A stretch of 64,000 nucleotides of DNA, taken from assembly GCA_050084985.1 (NCBI GenBank), contig JBITNC010000001.1, positions 15,438,001 through 15,502,000 on the forward strand, written 5' to 3'. Positions 28,501 to 43,500 of the stretch are shown piece by piece; position 1 is the first letter of the stretch, and each line of letters starts with the position of its first letter. Made by a program: the position numbers and the translations under genes. Origin of the DNA: Nageia nagi. Lineage: Eukaryota > Plantae > Pinophyta. The notes below the pieces were generated by a model. The model had not been told where the DNA came from and did not search any database. It saw only the letters and a program-made list of their open reading frames with translations.

Positions 28501-31500
28501 TGGTCATCTACAAGTCTCATATGTAGAAGAAGCTCAAAAATAAGATGCAATGTGGCGATCTCCTATTGCCTGTTAAGCATGAGAGAGAAGACGCTTCCGA
28601 AGAAGGAAGGTCTCACGAGATAAAGAGCCAAACATCTTTGATCAGGAAACTGAAGAAAAGTAGACAATGATTTGTGGGAGTCCCGAAAGAGGTAGTGGTG
28701 CTGGCCTTTGGCTGCAAGAGTAGACTAAGCAAAGAAAAATGAAGTGGTCCTCAAACTTGGTCTCAAGCGAGCAAAGGCAGAAAATACATAAATCATGAGC
28801 TAGATGGTGGTTCTTCTCAATCCTTAACTGATGGGAACAAACCTGAAATTGTCCTAAGAATGTCCTCAAACCAAGAGGAAGATGTAAACTAAAATAGCCT
28901 GGTGGGAGGATCAAGCCATTGTCGATCTGCAAACACTGTTGTGCATAGTGTGTCAACTTTGATAACAATGGTCGAGGGGGTGAGACCCAAGTGATCTGAA
29001 TAAAGGCTATGTAGATGTTATCTCGTACCTCTAATAAAGAGTTTCCTAGAGAATTGATCGAACTCCCCTATGGTGAGGGAAGGATGTCCAGAGAGAAACC
29101 AAATCTCTGGAGTATCTCACTAACATCAGTAAACCAACATCTATGACAACCCTGTGCTACAAGATCCATCGATGAAGCCAAAGCCCTCAAAGGGAATCTC
29201 CGTGTGTCGCCTCGAAGACCAAAAAGGCGATGCAAGCAATGGAGAAAGAGGACTATGGAAGCAAGGGCCCACACTTGAGAAGGTTGGTAGTTGAACTCTA
29301 CCAACATGATAATGTTGGGTAGCGTCCTCTTGCTCTAAATGGAGCGAGATAATGTATTGACTAAGATCCTCTCCACCGAGGTCCAATCTACTACTCTCAA
29401 GCTAGATCCCCAAATCTCTACCCCATACAACACCATAGGGGTCTCTAGAATGTGAAAGAGTTGTAATTTGGACTGAATGTCCTTGAAGTGAAGTTGTGTG
29501 CACTGTCTCTCTAGGGTGGAGACTATCACATATCGTCGACTAACTCTAGGTGGGGTCGTTGATCTCATGGAAAATTTGGGACCCGAAAAGAGCACTCCCA
29601 ATTAAGTGTAAGAAGTGGCGGTCTCTATAATATCACCCCGAAAGGTGATATGGGTCTAGTCCAATGTGGCTTTCAAATCATTGAAAACCACAACCTTAAT
29701 ATTGCTAAGGTTCACCATAAGCTCTTGTCAATCATTGAAAGAGTCTAATGTGCAAAACAAGCTCTGAAGACCCTCAGCTGAGTGAGAAGGCAGCACATTA
29801 TCATAGGTGAAGAGAAGGATAGGCAACCATCTGCCATGGAGGATGCAACCCAAGTTAAGATCTGTAGTCTCTAGGATAAAAGACTCTAGCTCGTCTATGT
29901 ACATACTAAAGAGAGTGGGGGAGAGGGGGAAGTGAATATTTGGCTGCATATACGGAATATTCACAGATTCATAACTATGATTTCAATATCTAATTGCAAC
30001 CTTGGAGGACTCTTTTGACCACATTAGGGAAACAAGATCAACAATAGTTAACTCTATTGTACTACTGTATAGCCAGCGTAAAAGGATTCATCAAGCATTT
30101 CTGAGTTTTTCAATCTCTTTGCCAGTAAAGCACTCTCAGTACCTTTAGTGAAAGGCAGTCAAAGATACAAGCTTTTCATTTAATTTGTGAGTAACTTGCG
30201 TTCAAACACAAGTTCGAACAGGTTCTTTGCAAGTCGACTCAGTGCAGGTACATCAGATAAATATTAAAACAATGTTGATTTTCAATACTTTTTAGTTTTT
30301 TATTTGCAGAATTATTTACGAGTTTTTCTATAGTTCCTCCAGGGTGACACCAAAACTTTAGCCACAGCAAGTTGACGATAAGTACACATCCAGTGGTGGT
30401 GTAAAAATAACAAAACCTAAAGTTATGGTGCCACTACGATCAAACATGAAATCTAAGAAAACTTTTGTAACGTGCATGCAACAACTCAAGTATAGGTTGC
30501 ACATTCATATCTTGAACTTCATTTTGCCAGATATTAATCTTCATATCTCTGATCTGTCCAAGTCTAAGGATGCACTATAATATCCAATATCACTGGTATC
30601 CTAAGAAAGCCCTTCAAATACAAAGTCGGGTTTGCATGATTAATATTACCATTTTTTGTCACAAACAGTGGTATTCCTTCTTAACTTTATACAGTGCTAT
30701 ACTGCATAGAAATCATGAAAGATGTATACAAGAAGAGCATATTTCCTGTCATTTAATGCTTAAAAAAGCTTTCCGGACTTTTCATAAGACTTAAGTAACA
30801 GATTGAATCATTTGAAGTTATTAGTTTTTCTAATGCTTACGCATTTATCAGGGAAATATTTTTATGAAATCTGATTCATGCTTGGTTTGTCACAGCCTTA
30901 CAGGTCTCTGGGATGAACATATTGACACAATTTCTAGACGACAACATATTATTTCATGTTTAAATCTACAATCCATAGATGAAAATTTCCAACAATACTG
31001 AAACCTCCAAGTTTATTGCATTACTGGAAACAATTTTTCAAAATCAAGACCTGTTTGGAAGGGAAGTCATTATGATTTCCTTTAATTAGAGTTATGGGCT
31101 TTAAGCATATATTTCAAATTGCATTAGTTTACAATGATTAGCCCTATTCAGAAAGCAAATCGTTTGAAACTGGTATTATCATTACACATTCAAAGGGATA
31201 TAAGTCTTCTTATAATGGGTTGATGCAATCCATTTAACTCAAATCTAATTTGCATAGAAATTAGTTCACAGGCAGACATTGAAGCAGGTTTCCTCATATA
31301 AACAAATGCATATTCTGTCTCTTAGCATGGATGGATAATAAAAGCATACATACATATAGAAGCAGAATCCATACCTCACGACATAAGAAGAATTTCAGAC
31401 CCTTGAAGAGAGTTCTACAGACTTTATTTTCATCATCTTCATCTTCATCTTCACCAGATTGCTCCTTAACTTTAATTTCCATGTCCTCTTTAACACTAGT

Positions 31501-34500
31501 TATATCTTTTTCTTTGTCTATTGACGAAAGTTGATGCTGAAGCAGTGCTAATCTTGCCTGTGACTCTGCCAATATTTTCTCTTTCTGTTCCAAATCAGAT
31601 GGCTCAGTCTCAGAAGGCTCCTTGCCAACAATCGCATCTGGAACATCCTCCTCCATAGAGGTTGCAGTGTCTGAAGCAAGACCCTTCACCATTGCATACA
31701 ATTCTGCAGAAACAAGACACCAGAAGCGCTTTTAACATCTTCCTAGCAATCAATTGTATTTAAATGAGTCACTTGTTAGATTCTGGATAAGGAAAAGCTT
31801 GCATATAAAAGAGCATTGAATTGCAAAATAAGACTAAGCTAACTTTATTTCTGAAGGATCTTGAAATTCAGTATTTAAAAGTTAAAACCAACCTGCTGCT
31901 GCTGCTTCCAGTTCAGGATCAAGTATTGGTGGATACTTTAATCCAATAGTATTATAAAGTTTGAAATTTACGAATGCCATAAGAGTCTGTACAGTACAAC
32001 AATGAAATAGAGACAAAGTCAATCTGTGCTTCTTGCTACAACCTTCTCGTTGCAACCAAGCTATAGAAGATACTGAAGTTGGTCATTTACAGTTCAAGTT
32101 ATCACCAAAAACATTGGGAACATAGCCAAGTCTGTTTTTCATTTTAGCAGTTCCTTATACAATCTCAAAGCACAAAACAGCAAAAACCAAGCAGCAGAAC
32201 TAAATATAAAAATTCATAACTATTGACAATTTAAGGTCATAATTTTTGCAAAAGGTAACCTCATAAAATTCTACAAAAGTCAGCATGACACGAAAATCAA
32301 CATCATCCGGAAGAACTTGATGAAGAACATGTGGTGTAAGCCATGTAATAGTCTGCCCCTCTACTTCTGCCTGTAAAAATTTGTAGAAAACTAGATGGTG
32401 TCAATAGCATCTCAAGAAAATAACCTTATGTTTCTAACAAGGAAAAACAAATAAAAATGCATGCAATCCAATGATATAGATCAGACTGACCTGGTAATAA
32501 ATTCCTTTCAAAGAGACAAATGTCTTACGCAAACAATGTGTTCTAGAGATGTAAGCCTGCCATTCGAGACTTAGTCTGTCAAAAAATTCAGTTATTCAAT
32601 AACTTATCATGTAGGTTAAGCATAATGACAGTGTGCAGACCTGAGAGTAGAAAGTGGAACCAAGTTTCTATTAATTTAATATAAAACTTGGCAAGAATTA
32701 AAGCTACCATGTCAAGGATCTCCAAATAAATTATCTACCATTAAAACAATCATCCACTCAATGTAGCTGATTCAGAAAGATAATCACTTTACAAGCCACC
32801 CCAACTGGCATCTTCTTACTCGGTAACTAAATAGATACCATGAAATGAGCAATACCAACATGAAAATGGGTTTTCATGCAGATAACCAAAAATTCTGAAG
32901 ATGCATCAAGTTGAAATCAAAGCCTGGTAACAAATTAAGACATTGTAAAACTTTAATATACCACTTGTGTTAATAGAAGAACCTCCTACTAATTAATAGT
33001 AATGTAATCCTATGAAGGCAGACCCTTTGAATAAAATTTATTGTAAGAAATATTTAATGCATATCATTTTACTTAATAGTTCTTTGGATCATTATGAGTT
33101 GTATCAGAGCTGTTACTTCTATGACCAGAACATTTGATATTTTGATTAAGTTTTCAGCAGTCATGTGAAAAGCATAGAAGATTCTTTATGCAAGATTGAA
33201 AAGAATGTGACCAATAGATTGAAAGACATCAAAATATTTTAAATCAGAGACCTTGGCAAGCATAATGCTATGATTCTTGCAAAATTTTAGAACCCAAGCT
33301 TTGAACTACTCTCTGATCCACACTAGAGTTTTAACTTTTCCTGGATGCCTCTTCAGTTCTAGCACAAGCCCGTCATTCTTGAAAGTTATCAGAATTGCTT
33401 AAGATATATTTGCATATATTCACAGTTAAGCATTCATTTGCAGATAACTAGATCAAGAATTTTTACTCGGTAAACTAGAATCTATGGATATCTTAATCAG
33501 AATCTTGACAAGAATGGTTTCCATGCCTTTGAACCTTTGTAATGAACATTTAGTAATTAAAAATACAGACAGGAATATTCAAATTTAGTATGTGCACCAA
33601 AAATATGCAGTTGACATTGTACAGGATCTGCACTAGTTGATAGAAAGTTAAACATGACAAGCCAGAGAATCTTTGAAAAGGATAAGGTAGTAAAAAGGAA
33701 GACTTACTGCCCTTGACTAATATTAATCAAAATTCAGACTGATCTTTTCACCAACCTTTCTGCTTATCAGATAGATAAATGAACACCACATATAGAAAAC
33801 GAATTTGATATTCAGGCAAGCAAACCGGATATTAAGATTGGAGGTAAATATCTAGGCTATTTGAAAACATAAAGAAAAGAAAGACAGTTGAAAGTTGCCT
33901 CAATGTGGGACAGTTTCACAACATTAGGAGCACCCAGATTAACAATAAACATAATTGGAAATAAAATAGAGAATCAAAATAATTAGTCAAAACTATTAAT
34001 TAAAAAAACCGGAGAGACTTCAATCCCAAAGCAAAACTAAAGATCTCAAAGCAAAAATGGTCCACCTCTGTGATTATTGAAAGTCATATTTTATAACAAG
34101 AAATGTATTACACAATATGCAAATGTAGCATAAAAACTAAGATCAGGTATTTGGTATGATGCAAACATCCTCTGAACTAGTTGATCGAGTTAAAAACTCA
34201 AGTATACAAAGTTTGGGAAAGCATAAGAAGATAAGGAATACAGAGATTGAGAGCTATTGGCCAATAGTAATTCAGGAAAATTGTTTTTCCATCTTGCTGA
34301 TTGTCAGATATTTTAAGAACCCTAGGTGAAGTGAGGAAATTTCTGTTCAGACAAATAAACTGAACAAGCAATAATATAAGTAAAGAGAGCTCATTTCAAA
34401 AACTTACGAAAAAGAATTATATGGTTACAATGATTTCTCGGCATAAGGATGTGTCACACCATTGGAAGTGACCAAATTAACAACAAAGGTAAGATAGAGC

Positions 34501-37500
34501 ATTGGAATAATGCAAAATGGAAATAATTAATTCAAAAGTAAACTGAAGGCTTCAATCCCCAACCTAAATCTAGGGATATCAGGGCAAAAATTAAGAACAC
34601 TAATAAGGAAACTACTTGAAACATGCCTCAAATAGGTAAATGTAAATCAGTGGAAAAGAAAACACAAAAAAGCTGATTGTGTCGTATGAAACTGAAAAGT
34701 GTCAAACAATCTAACTAAATCTTATGCACGAACACTAAAAGAACATGTATAGATAGCCACTTTGGAAGGCAGTGCGGTTCTAGCTTTTAAACATGCATCA
34801 AGTTATGCCAACAGTCAACTTGTTGGTGTACAAGAATACACTTCACTCTGCCACCTCTATTGATATATAATCATTGCAGCCCAGAAATCTTTTAGCACTC
34901 TCATTACTGTCAAATACTTTTCAATCTTAGCCTTTGATGTTAGCTGAAATTATCATTCAGAATTAAGAAATGATTTCCATCACTGATTATCCACAATATG
35001 GAATAAATGATTTTAAAGGATCAGACAACATGAAATGAAACACCTCTCTCCTGCATAGTAACATCATAACTGTATCTATTTTATTTTTAAATGCATAACA
35101 TGATACAGTAGTCAAGTGTTCTTATTCAACAACTCGCAACGCATTGATCCGATCAGCATCACAATAAAATTCCACTTTGAATTTTTTACATTAAAGCAAC
35201 ATATATTTGCAGTTAAGACATGATGACATATATCCTTCCATACTTCAGATATATCGAATTAATATATTATTCCACGAGTAATAAAGGATGTATTTCAATG
35301 CAATATTAATAGAGTGACAAACAAACCTCCGACAGCTGTGGACCCGCTCAGCAGGAATATCGTGCATCTTCTCTGCAGGTAAAGCTGCAAAAAGATGGAT
35401 CATCGTGAGGGCATCATCCAGGTCACGAAGAGCATCGATAAAGGTGGGATACCTGAGAAGTTAAATACATTACAAAAAAGAAGAATGAGTTCGTAAAAAT
35501 AGAATCTACTAAAAGTTTGATATAAAAGAACCATTATAATACCTCTGTCTCACAAGGTGGTCAAGAGTATATGAAGGCTTGCTATTCTCCAGACGATGAG
35601 CCAAATGCTTGTTTTTTTTAGCTAAAGCTTTCTTTATCTTCTTTTCAAATGCCTTAATTTCCCTGCACGAAGCAAAGAGAAGCAAAAGCCAATCAATGTA
35701 ACAAATTAACATATATGGTTGTGAATTATGTACAAGAAAAGCATCAAATAAATCACAATGTTTGATCCAACTTTTTCTAAAGGATAGTATTCAATATTCC
35801 CATCATCAAATATGACCATTTTTGGAAAAGAACAAAATTCAGTTTGTACGAGCAATAAAAGAACCTTCACATGATGCCTTTTATGCCGAGAATTTCACAG
35901 TGATTATGTCCATGGGGACAGAAGTGTGTATTCTCCTGCCAGCTACAAGCTAAAATTGATAACAATATTCTGTAATTTAATAGAATCTATAGCTTATCTC
36001 CTCTGCAAGAAGTAGAGATGAAATCTGTCGTTGTTTATATGTGTCCTATATCAGGCAGATATTATTCTCCATAAAGAGAATCAGATATCATAGACATCTT
36101 GGATAATAGTAGAGCACAAGATTTTCTCTCTATCCCCTACCAGGATTGCTCAACTTGGACCTCCTAATCCAAAATACTCTTCCATGGACATCATCAAATT
36201 ATCCACTGGCTTTTCAACTGTGTGGTTGACTTTAACAACCACAGAAATACTGATAAAGTTGACAGCTTGAAGAAGACTATCTATCCCTGTTAAACATCCA
36301 TTTCCATGCTGGCTCAGAAATATTTTTGAGTAAATCAAAAATCAATCTACATATTCTACTGCATCCATTTTAGGATAGGTTTATCAGTTTTACAAAAGAT
36401 CATAGCAAGATTTTAGACATGCCAGAAAAAAACCAAACTACCATCCAAGCAATCCAAGACAAGTTGTTATGGCAAGGCACAAATCAAAGGAATAGACTGG
36501 CACTCATTGCTTGGGGAAAGTCTGAATGCCCAAAGGCATGATGGCCTGGGGCTCAAAAACATTGAGCTCTTAAACAAAGTTCTTGGTGCCAAAACATTTT
36601 GGAGAATCATCACCAAAAAGGCAAAAAAATGGAACTAGACACTACAAAACAAATACCTAAAACATTGACAATTTCATCTGGGACCCAGTCAAGATCAAAG
36701 GCGCTACCATTTGAAACTTCATCCTAATAACTGGGCTAATTATCCTAAACAACCTAAAAAGAAAATACATTCGGAAAGACAAGTGGAACATGGGACACCA
36801 GATTCACACCTCAGACCAGTTGAGACAGGAACTATGAAGAAGCCTCAACCCTCTTCTCAAAGACTACAGGGCAACAAACCCACAGGCAAGAAGAACTTGG
36901 ATAGAACACATCTCAAACAATCTCAAACTTTAAAAAGAATGGAGCTATAGACTCCAAACCCAGCTAGACCACCTATCTCACCACAGCAAGAGCGCTGATG
37001 AATGAAACTGGATACACAACAAATCAAAAGAGTTTTCCACAGACAAAGACTACAAACTTCTCTAGGGTCCAACTAAACTCCCTATAAAAATTATAAAAAA
37101 ACTATGGAAATGGCAGAAGCGGCTGAAGACTATCCTGTTCACATGGACAGCAATGAACAAGTACATCTTCACACAAGACTATTTAAGAAAGAGACACTTT
37201 CAGCTCCCCTCAATATGCATCTTGTGCAAAGAAAGGAAAGAGACAGCAGAACACTTGATAATGCACTGCTCCTACATAAATCTGGAACAACTTCACGAGA
37301 AAATATGATATCAGCTGGTACCCCTAAAAGAGCATCATGCACCTACTGGAAATGCAACCCACCCTCTCATTGGCAAGCAAAGAATGGTACATCAGCTTGA
37401 ACCTTATACCCTAGCTGTTTTGGCTCAATTGCAAATCTAGATTCTTCAAAGATTTAGCATGCTCAAGCTACTTCAAATGGAAAACCATCGAAGGGCAGAT

Positions 37501-40500
37501 AAAGATAGCCCTCTAGACTTGGCATTAAATTCACATCAAACCAGGCAAGTCATACAAAGAAGGTTGGAAACTCCTAAAATGACTCTACAACCCTCGTAGC
37601 ACCTGCAAAATGAGATTGTTTTTGCAAAAAAAGATTCTGATAAACCAGATAACCCAAGCAAACAAGATTACAAACAAATGCACCCCCCACAATGTAGGGG
37701 CCATCCCTTTCCCCTTGGAATCCCCAAACCGGGGGAATGGCAAGGAGACGTTTCCTTGCCGTTCCCAACTAGGAACATAGGAAAAGCCAAACAAAACCAG
37801 GGATGTCCTTGATTTGTCAGCTCAAAAGTGGAACAACGTGAGGACCCCAATCATCCCCAATGGTAACAACTTAACAAAAATTAAAAATAAAGCTGTAAAG
37901 AAAATATTGCTCAGGTTTAATTTTAAAAAATATTAATCTGTATTACACAAAAATGGGTATTAAATAAAACATTAAAGACCCAATTATTATTAATGGGTTT
38001 AATTAATTTTATTTAAATAAATGATGAATATAAGTACCAATTTAATTAAACCGTTAATTAATAACATTTGTTTATTAAATAGTAAATACGAATTAGTGGG
38101 ATTAAACCATTTATTTAAACCTATTAATTAATTAAATAAGAATTTAGTTTTGTATAAATTAATGAATTTAAATACTACTTAATGGGTTTAAATAATTAAT
38201 TAGTTTTAATTATTTTTAAATAACAGTGTGTTTAATCAGTTTAATTTGTAATATAATTATTAGTATTAAATAAAACAACTTAAATATAATTAATTTTGAA
38301 CTTTTTTATCTAAGTATTTGACTTACGTATGTGAATTTCAGACTTAGTTCGTAAGTTAGAACTTTAGCTTAATAAGTTAATATAATATTTTAAATGTTTT
38401 AACTTTTTTAAGTTTCAACTTAGTAAGTTCATATTTTCTATATGTTAAATTTTCATATATTATTATATGTTGTCCCTTGACATTTCCTAAAAATGGCTCG
38501 CCTTACCCTCCCGTCCTAAAAACCAGTCCTCATGTCCCTGAAATGTGAGTTAACCTTGCCAGCAACCATGGATCCACAAGAAAATGCAGCAAAAGCATCT
38601 AAATTTGAGACTCTCAGATCCAACCTTGGTTTGCTGAAACACACATTCAAAGAGGAAGTGTTAGTTTTTGTTGCTCAACATTTATTCTTGAAAATTAGGA
38701 ATTTTCTATTTTTGGAACTTTTACTGAAAATATTTTTTTTAAGTCTAGCATTTGTTATTTTTGGAGTTTGTTATTTTTAATAATTTCTATTATTAGAGAT
38801 CTTCTATCAGAACTGTAGATCAATATTTAGATGCCACCAATTCCAAGATGATGTTTGCTCCAACATCGAGATAAGTTTTTGAGAGATTTAAACTAGGATT
38901 TCATATATATTGATTTCTGAACCAAGATTACTAGTATATAAGCTTGGAGCCACAATAGAAAATGCTCCATAACTGAAACATTGAAAGCCACACTACACCT
39001 TGAACTATTACAAAAGAGACTTGACCAAATCCTTAATACAAATGGCTAAAAACAATTACAAACACTATCTAGGAGTTACTAACATTATTTCCACGAAGTG
39101 TCATGGAGTTGCAAACACTAGAAAGATAAACAAAAGCCTAAAAATCATTAAAAAACCATAACTACAAAACAAACGGCAGATGAAACGCACTCCAGAGAGA
39201 AAATGCGATCACGTTCCCGAAACATGGTCGCAACTACTTTTGGACAGAAACTTGGTGGCAACTGCGTTTGGGACTGATGAAATGTGGTGGTAGCTGCATT
39301 TATGGGCAAAGAGCACGGAAACTCAGTCTTGAAGCCGGATTTTGATCTTTGGTGAAACCAAGCTTCCAACATTCTCCCCCTTGATGTTGAGGGGACTCAA
39401 TTTCTAAGTTCTAAAGCATCATATTTTCCAAATGATCTTCATTTGTGCTTCTTCCAATTTTTTAACAAGAAATTGAAAGAGTTGAAAATTTTGCTTGGAC
39501 ACGCTCCATATTGTTGCTCTTCAAACGGGTCGTCCATCACACTTGTTGTCTCCTACAAGTAAAATCTCACAAATCCAAGTGCCTTTTGATAACAGACTCC
39601 CCTTAATCAAAAAACCCACTACTTTTATCAAAAATCACATTCTTCACAAAAGTGCTCCATGAGCAAACAACATTGTCATCACAAACATTAATCCATACAA
39701 CTTTGCAACCTTGCACAAACTGGTCGCATACCTTCACTTCATTATACCATAAAACTATGTTGCATATCTTCACACAAATGATCAAACAATATGTAGCCAA
39801 GAATTTACTAATCATTGCAATCAATGTTGCTTCCACCGATAAAGTCCTCTCTAGCATGAAATGTTCAGACATGTTATAACTGCCTCATTTTCAAACATCA
39901 AACTTTCGCATCAATAATCTGAAAAAAAAGATTATCAAACAACTTGTGCACCTTCTTGTTAAGAAAGTAGTGCACTATTCCAATTTTGAACAGCCAAAGG
40001 CTCTTTGTTCATGTTCACAACAATCACCAACAATTTTTAGGAAAGACTCATTAACAATTTCTTGTAAAGCCATCAATAGTGACTGTTCTCTCACAACAAA
40101 CCTTGCTCTAAACGAAATTTGCACAAAAAATCTTCAAAACAACTTCCAAATGTTGTTCACAAGAACAAACATCCAATATTGCCTTAGTAAGACAATTATC
40201 ATTTTGCACACACTTATTCAACAAGACGGTCTTAAAACTGTCCACCACATTCAAACTTATATTCTCAAAAATCAAATCAAGAGTGCACAAACAAAATCTG
40301 TGCAAAAAATCTTCACCTTTCATATTTGGTGTTGCTTCATAAGCAACCATTACCTTTCCATCAACAAGAAACCTCCTTAGTGCCTCAACAAAACTGCGCA
40401 CAAAACAGTCCAAAAACGTAATAGTTATCAGTCCAAATGAGTGATCTTCTTCAACCAATGTTTTTGTAAAACAAACCTGAGTTGGACAGTCCAATGCACA

Positions 40501-43500
40501 ACATTTTTCAGCCTCTACACAAGAATTTGCAATGTTTCCATAACACAAATCAGTCTCAACGTCATCAAACTACTTCTTTAAGAAGATAGTCTTTACTATT
40601 TTCTTCTTCACTCCAAACAAACCTTTACTATTTTCTTCTTCACTCCAAACAAACCTCACTCTTGAAAAGTCTTCATAAAGCATAGCATCACTGAAATCAC
40701 TTTCTTTTCTTCAAACAGGCAATCAAGAACAAAGTTAATTTACCTCATTATCATCTACAAAATCTGAATCAACATCCAATATTGGACAGCCATAGTCTTT
40801 GCCACCAAATGTGACTTATCTTCATCATAGCCATCTTCAAACATACACTCCATCAAGAGTGTTTCTCCATCAAAAAATTCAGGAACATCTTCAGCCTTTT
40901 TAAGACTATCACCCACTTCATGTGAGTGAGCTTCAAGCAAATAAAACAAGTATTCATTTTCATCTTTCTCCCCCTTTGGAGGAACTCCAACATTTTCAAC
41001 ACCTGCAATATCAACATCACAAAAGGTTTCCTGAATTGTCTTGTTAAAACAAGCATTAACATAAACTTTCTCTTCCATGAAAAGATCACTAACATATGTA
41101 TTAACCCCCTTAAGAGGACCATCAACAATTTCTTGAACATTGTGTGCCTCCTTCATGGGACAATCATCATAAAACAAATTTGGAACAGCAAAACTCTGAG
41201 ATTGTATCTCATCCTCAATAATGCATGCTTCATTGCCTTCACCAATCAATTTTGGAACAACAATTGCTTCTTCTTCTTCATTAACATAGCCTCTATCAGC
41301 AACACAAAATTCATCCAAGACTTCATAAGTCTCTTCAAAATCCTGCACACAAAAGTCTTCACAAAACCAGGGCTGGTCTTCACAAGAATTCCCCTTGCTC
41401 ACACAATCATCAACATTGTTTACATAATCTTGTAGGTTATCAAACTCAAACTTACAAACATTCTCATAAGCACTCCCATGAGTGATCTTATCACTCCCAA
41501 AACATTCTTACAAAACTTTACAAACATCAAAAGATGTTCTATATTCAATCAATGGAAAAACACTCTTGTTTATACCTCTTCTCAGATCTAAAAGTGCCAA
41601 GCAATTCTGATGTTGTTCTTCTTTCTTTTGTCTTCTCTCTTCTTCAAGGTTGCTCCATTCTTCAGGTTCTTCATAAATTCTTCAACTATCTCCCACATAT
41701 CTTTGCACATCAAGTAAGTCTTTATTTTAATCTTCCATATATCAAAATATGATCCATCAAACTATGAAACTGATAATCCTTCACACAAGGGGTTAATGTT
41801 GCAGGCCATCACACTAAACAACAAGAAACCATGAATCAAACTTTGCAAGAAACTTGATAAGTCTTCAAACAATGCTTCCACAGGTTTTCTCTAACCCAGC
41901 ACAACCAAATCTTATCTCGCATAGTCATTCTCCAATGCACAATTACAAAGCACAACAACAAGATGAAGCTTTGGGTCACACTTTGCAAAAACTTGGTAAA
42001 TTTTCACAAAGTACCGACAAGCCTATTCTAACCCAATAAATGTACTGGCTCTGATACCACGATAAGAGATTCAAACTAGGCTTTCATATATATTAATTTA
42101 TGAACCGAGATTACAAATATATAAGCTTGGAGCTACAATAGAAGATGCTTCATAACTGACACATTGAAAGACCATTACACCTTGGAATGTTACAAAAGAG
42201 ACTTGACCAAATGCTTACTACAAATGGCTTAAGACAATTACAAACACTATCTAGAAGTTACAAACATTATCTCCACGAAGTATCATGGAGTTACAAACAC
42301 TATAAAGATTAAAAAAATGCCTAAAAACATTAAAAAATTGTAACTGCAAAAAAATAGATAGACGAAATGCGTTCCAAAGAGAAAAAGTGATCACGTTTGG
42401 ATAGAAACGCGGTGGCAACCGCGTTTGGGACTGATGAAACGCAGTGGTGGCTGCATTTCTGGACAGAGAGCAGGAAAACTCAATCTTGAGGCCAGATTTT
42501 CATCTTTGGTGAAGCCAAGTTTCCAACAGTTTTGTGTCAAACAATATTTTATTTCCAACTCATGGTTGGGTGAATTGTATGTATTTACTACCCATAGTTG
42601 GGTGAATCTTATGTTTTACTTCTCACATTTGGATGAACTGTATTTGTTTCTAGCTAAAATTTATTTTTCCTCTACATAGAAGCATGCTTGATGTAATATA
42701 ATAAGAAGTTCTAAAAGAGATTGTAAGAGATTTTCCTTGCTCAAGAATTCAGCCAATGGGTTCTTATGCTTTTGCATATTTGCCTCCATAGAAATCTATT
42801 ATTAGCACATAGTTTTTCCTGCTATTAATGCTTTCTGCTTTTTTGTGGAATTTTTCTCATCTGCAGATTGCTTGTTTCAGATTTGTATGATTTTGTATTT
42901 CTGAAATTTCATAAGAATGCTCATAAAAACCTATTGCAAAACTGACATATGATATGAGATTCCTTTGAGCAAAAGGAAATTCGTCAAAACTGATATAATA
43001 TGAGATGCATTTGACCAAAAAATGATAATGAGGTTTTAGTGGTCATAAGGGCCCCCAATATGATGGCAGTGTCAATGTAACTCATTTTGAAATCACTACG
43101 ACCTTTAATATTTTAAGATGATTCCAAAAGGAAATGGAAAAAATAAACAGTGAGCATCTCATTTTTAAATTCATAACTATGCTTGCAACAATAAGAGCTA
43201 TGATTATTGGTAAACCAATCAAATTTAAACATGATGAAAGCATGAAAGAAGGGAGAATCTTATTATTTGAAAACTAACCTGCTTTTCTCAAGCAATGGCT
43301 CGTGAGCAAGAAAGTTGATATCTTTGAGGTGATAGTATGTTTTATTGTTTCCTTCAATTTTTTTCTTTGGATCTCGTGGGAATATTCCCTTCAAGATACA
43401 CAATCGGCTGCATGAACATACACACTTCAACAATTTTCGAGAGAAAAGACTGAACAATTCCAGTGCACATCACAACACACAAGGAAAACACCTACCGAAA

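Larger units (their letters stand above)
38880..42528 (-). mobile_element. Non-autonomous Ty1/copia-derived LTR element in PES intron 3
   Basis: LTRs 42528-42063 and 39371-38880, perfect TSD GTTTT, PBS TGGTATCAGAGCCAG ending at 42059, PPT gggggagaa 39380-39372, copia Gag N-terminus [27 protein letters not shown]; no PR/INT/RT recognised. Confidence 0.92.

Noticed and set aside
39273-39325. CTGATGA plus hairpin in the LTR (also near 42431), hammerhead/retrozyme candidate
   Set aside because: No GAAA directly after the stem, no stem I/III closure found, and the motif is antisense to the element.
40926-41435. 169-aa plus-strand ORF (also 39946-40380)
   Set aside because: Shadow frames of the compositionally biased minus-strand ORF.
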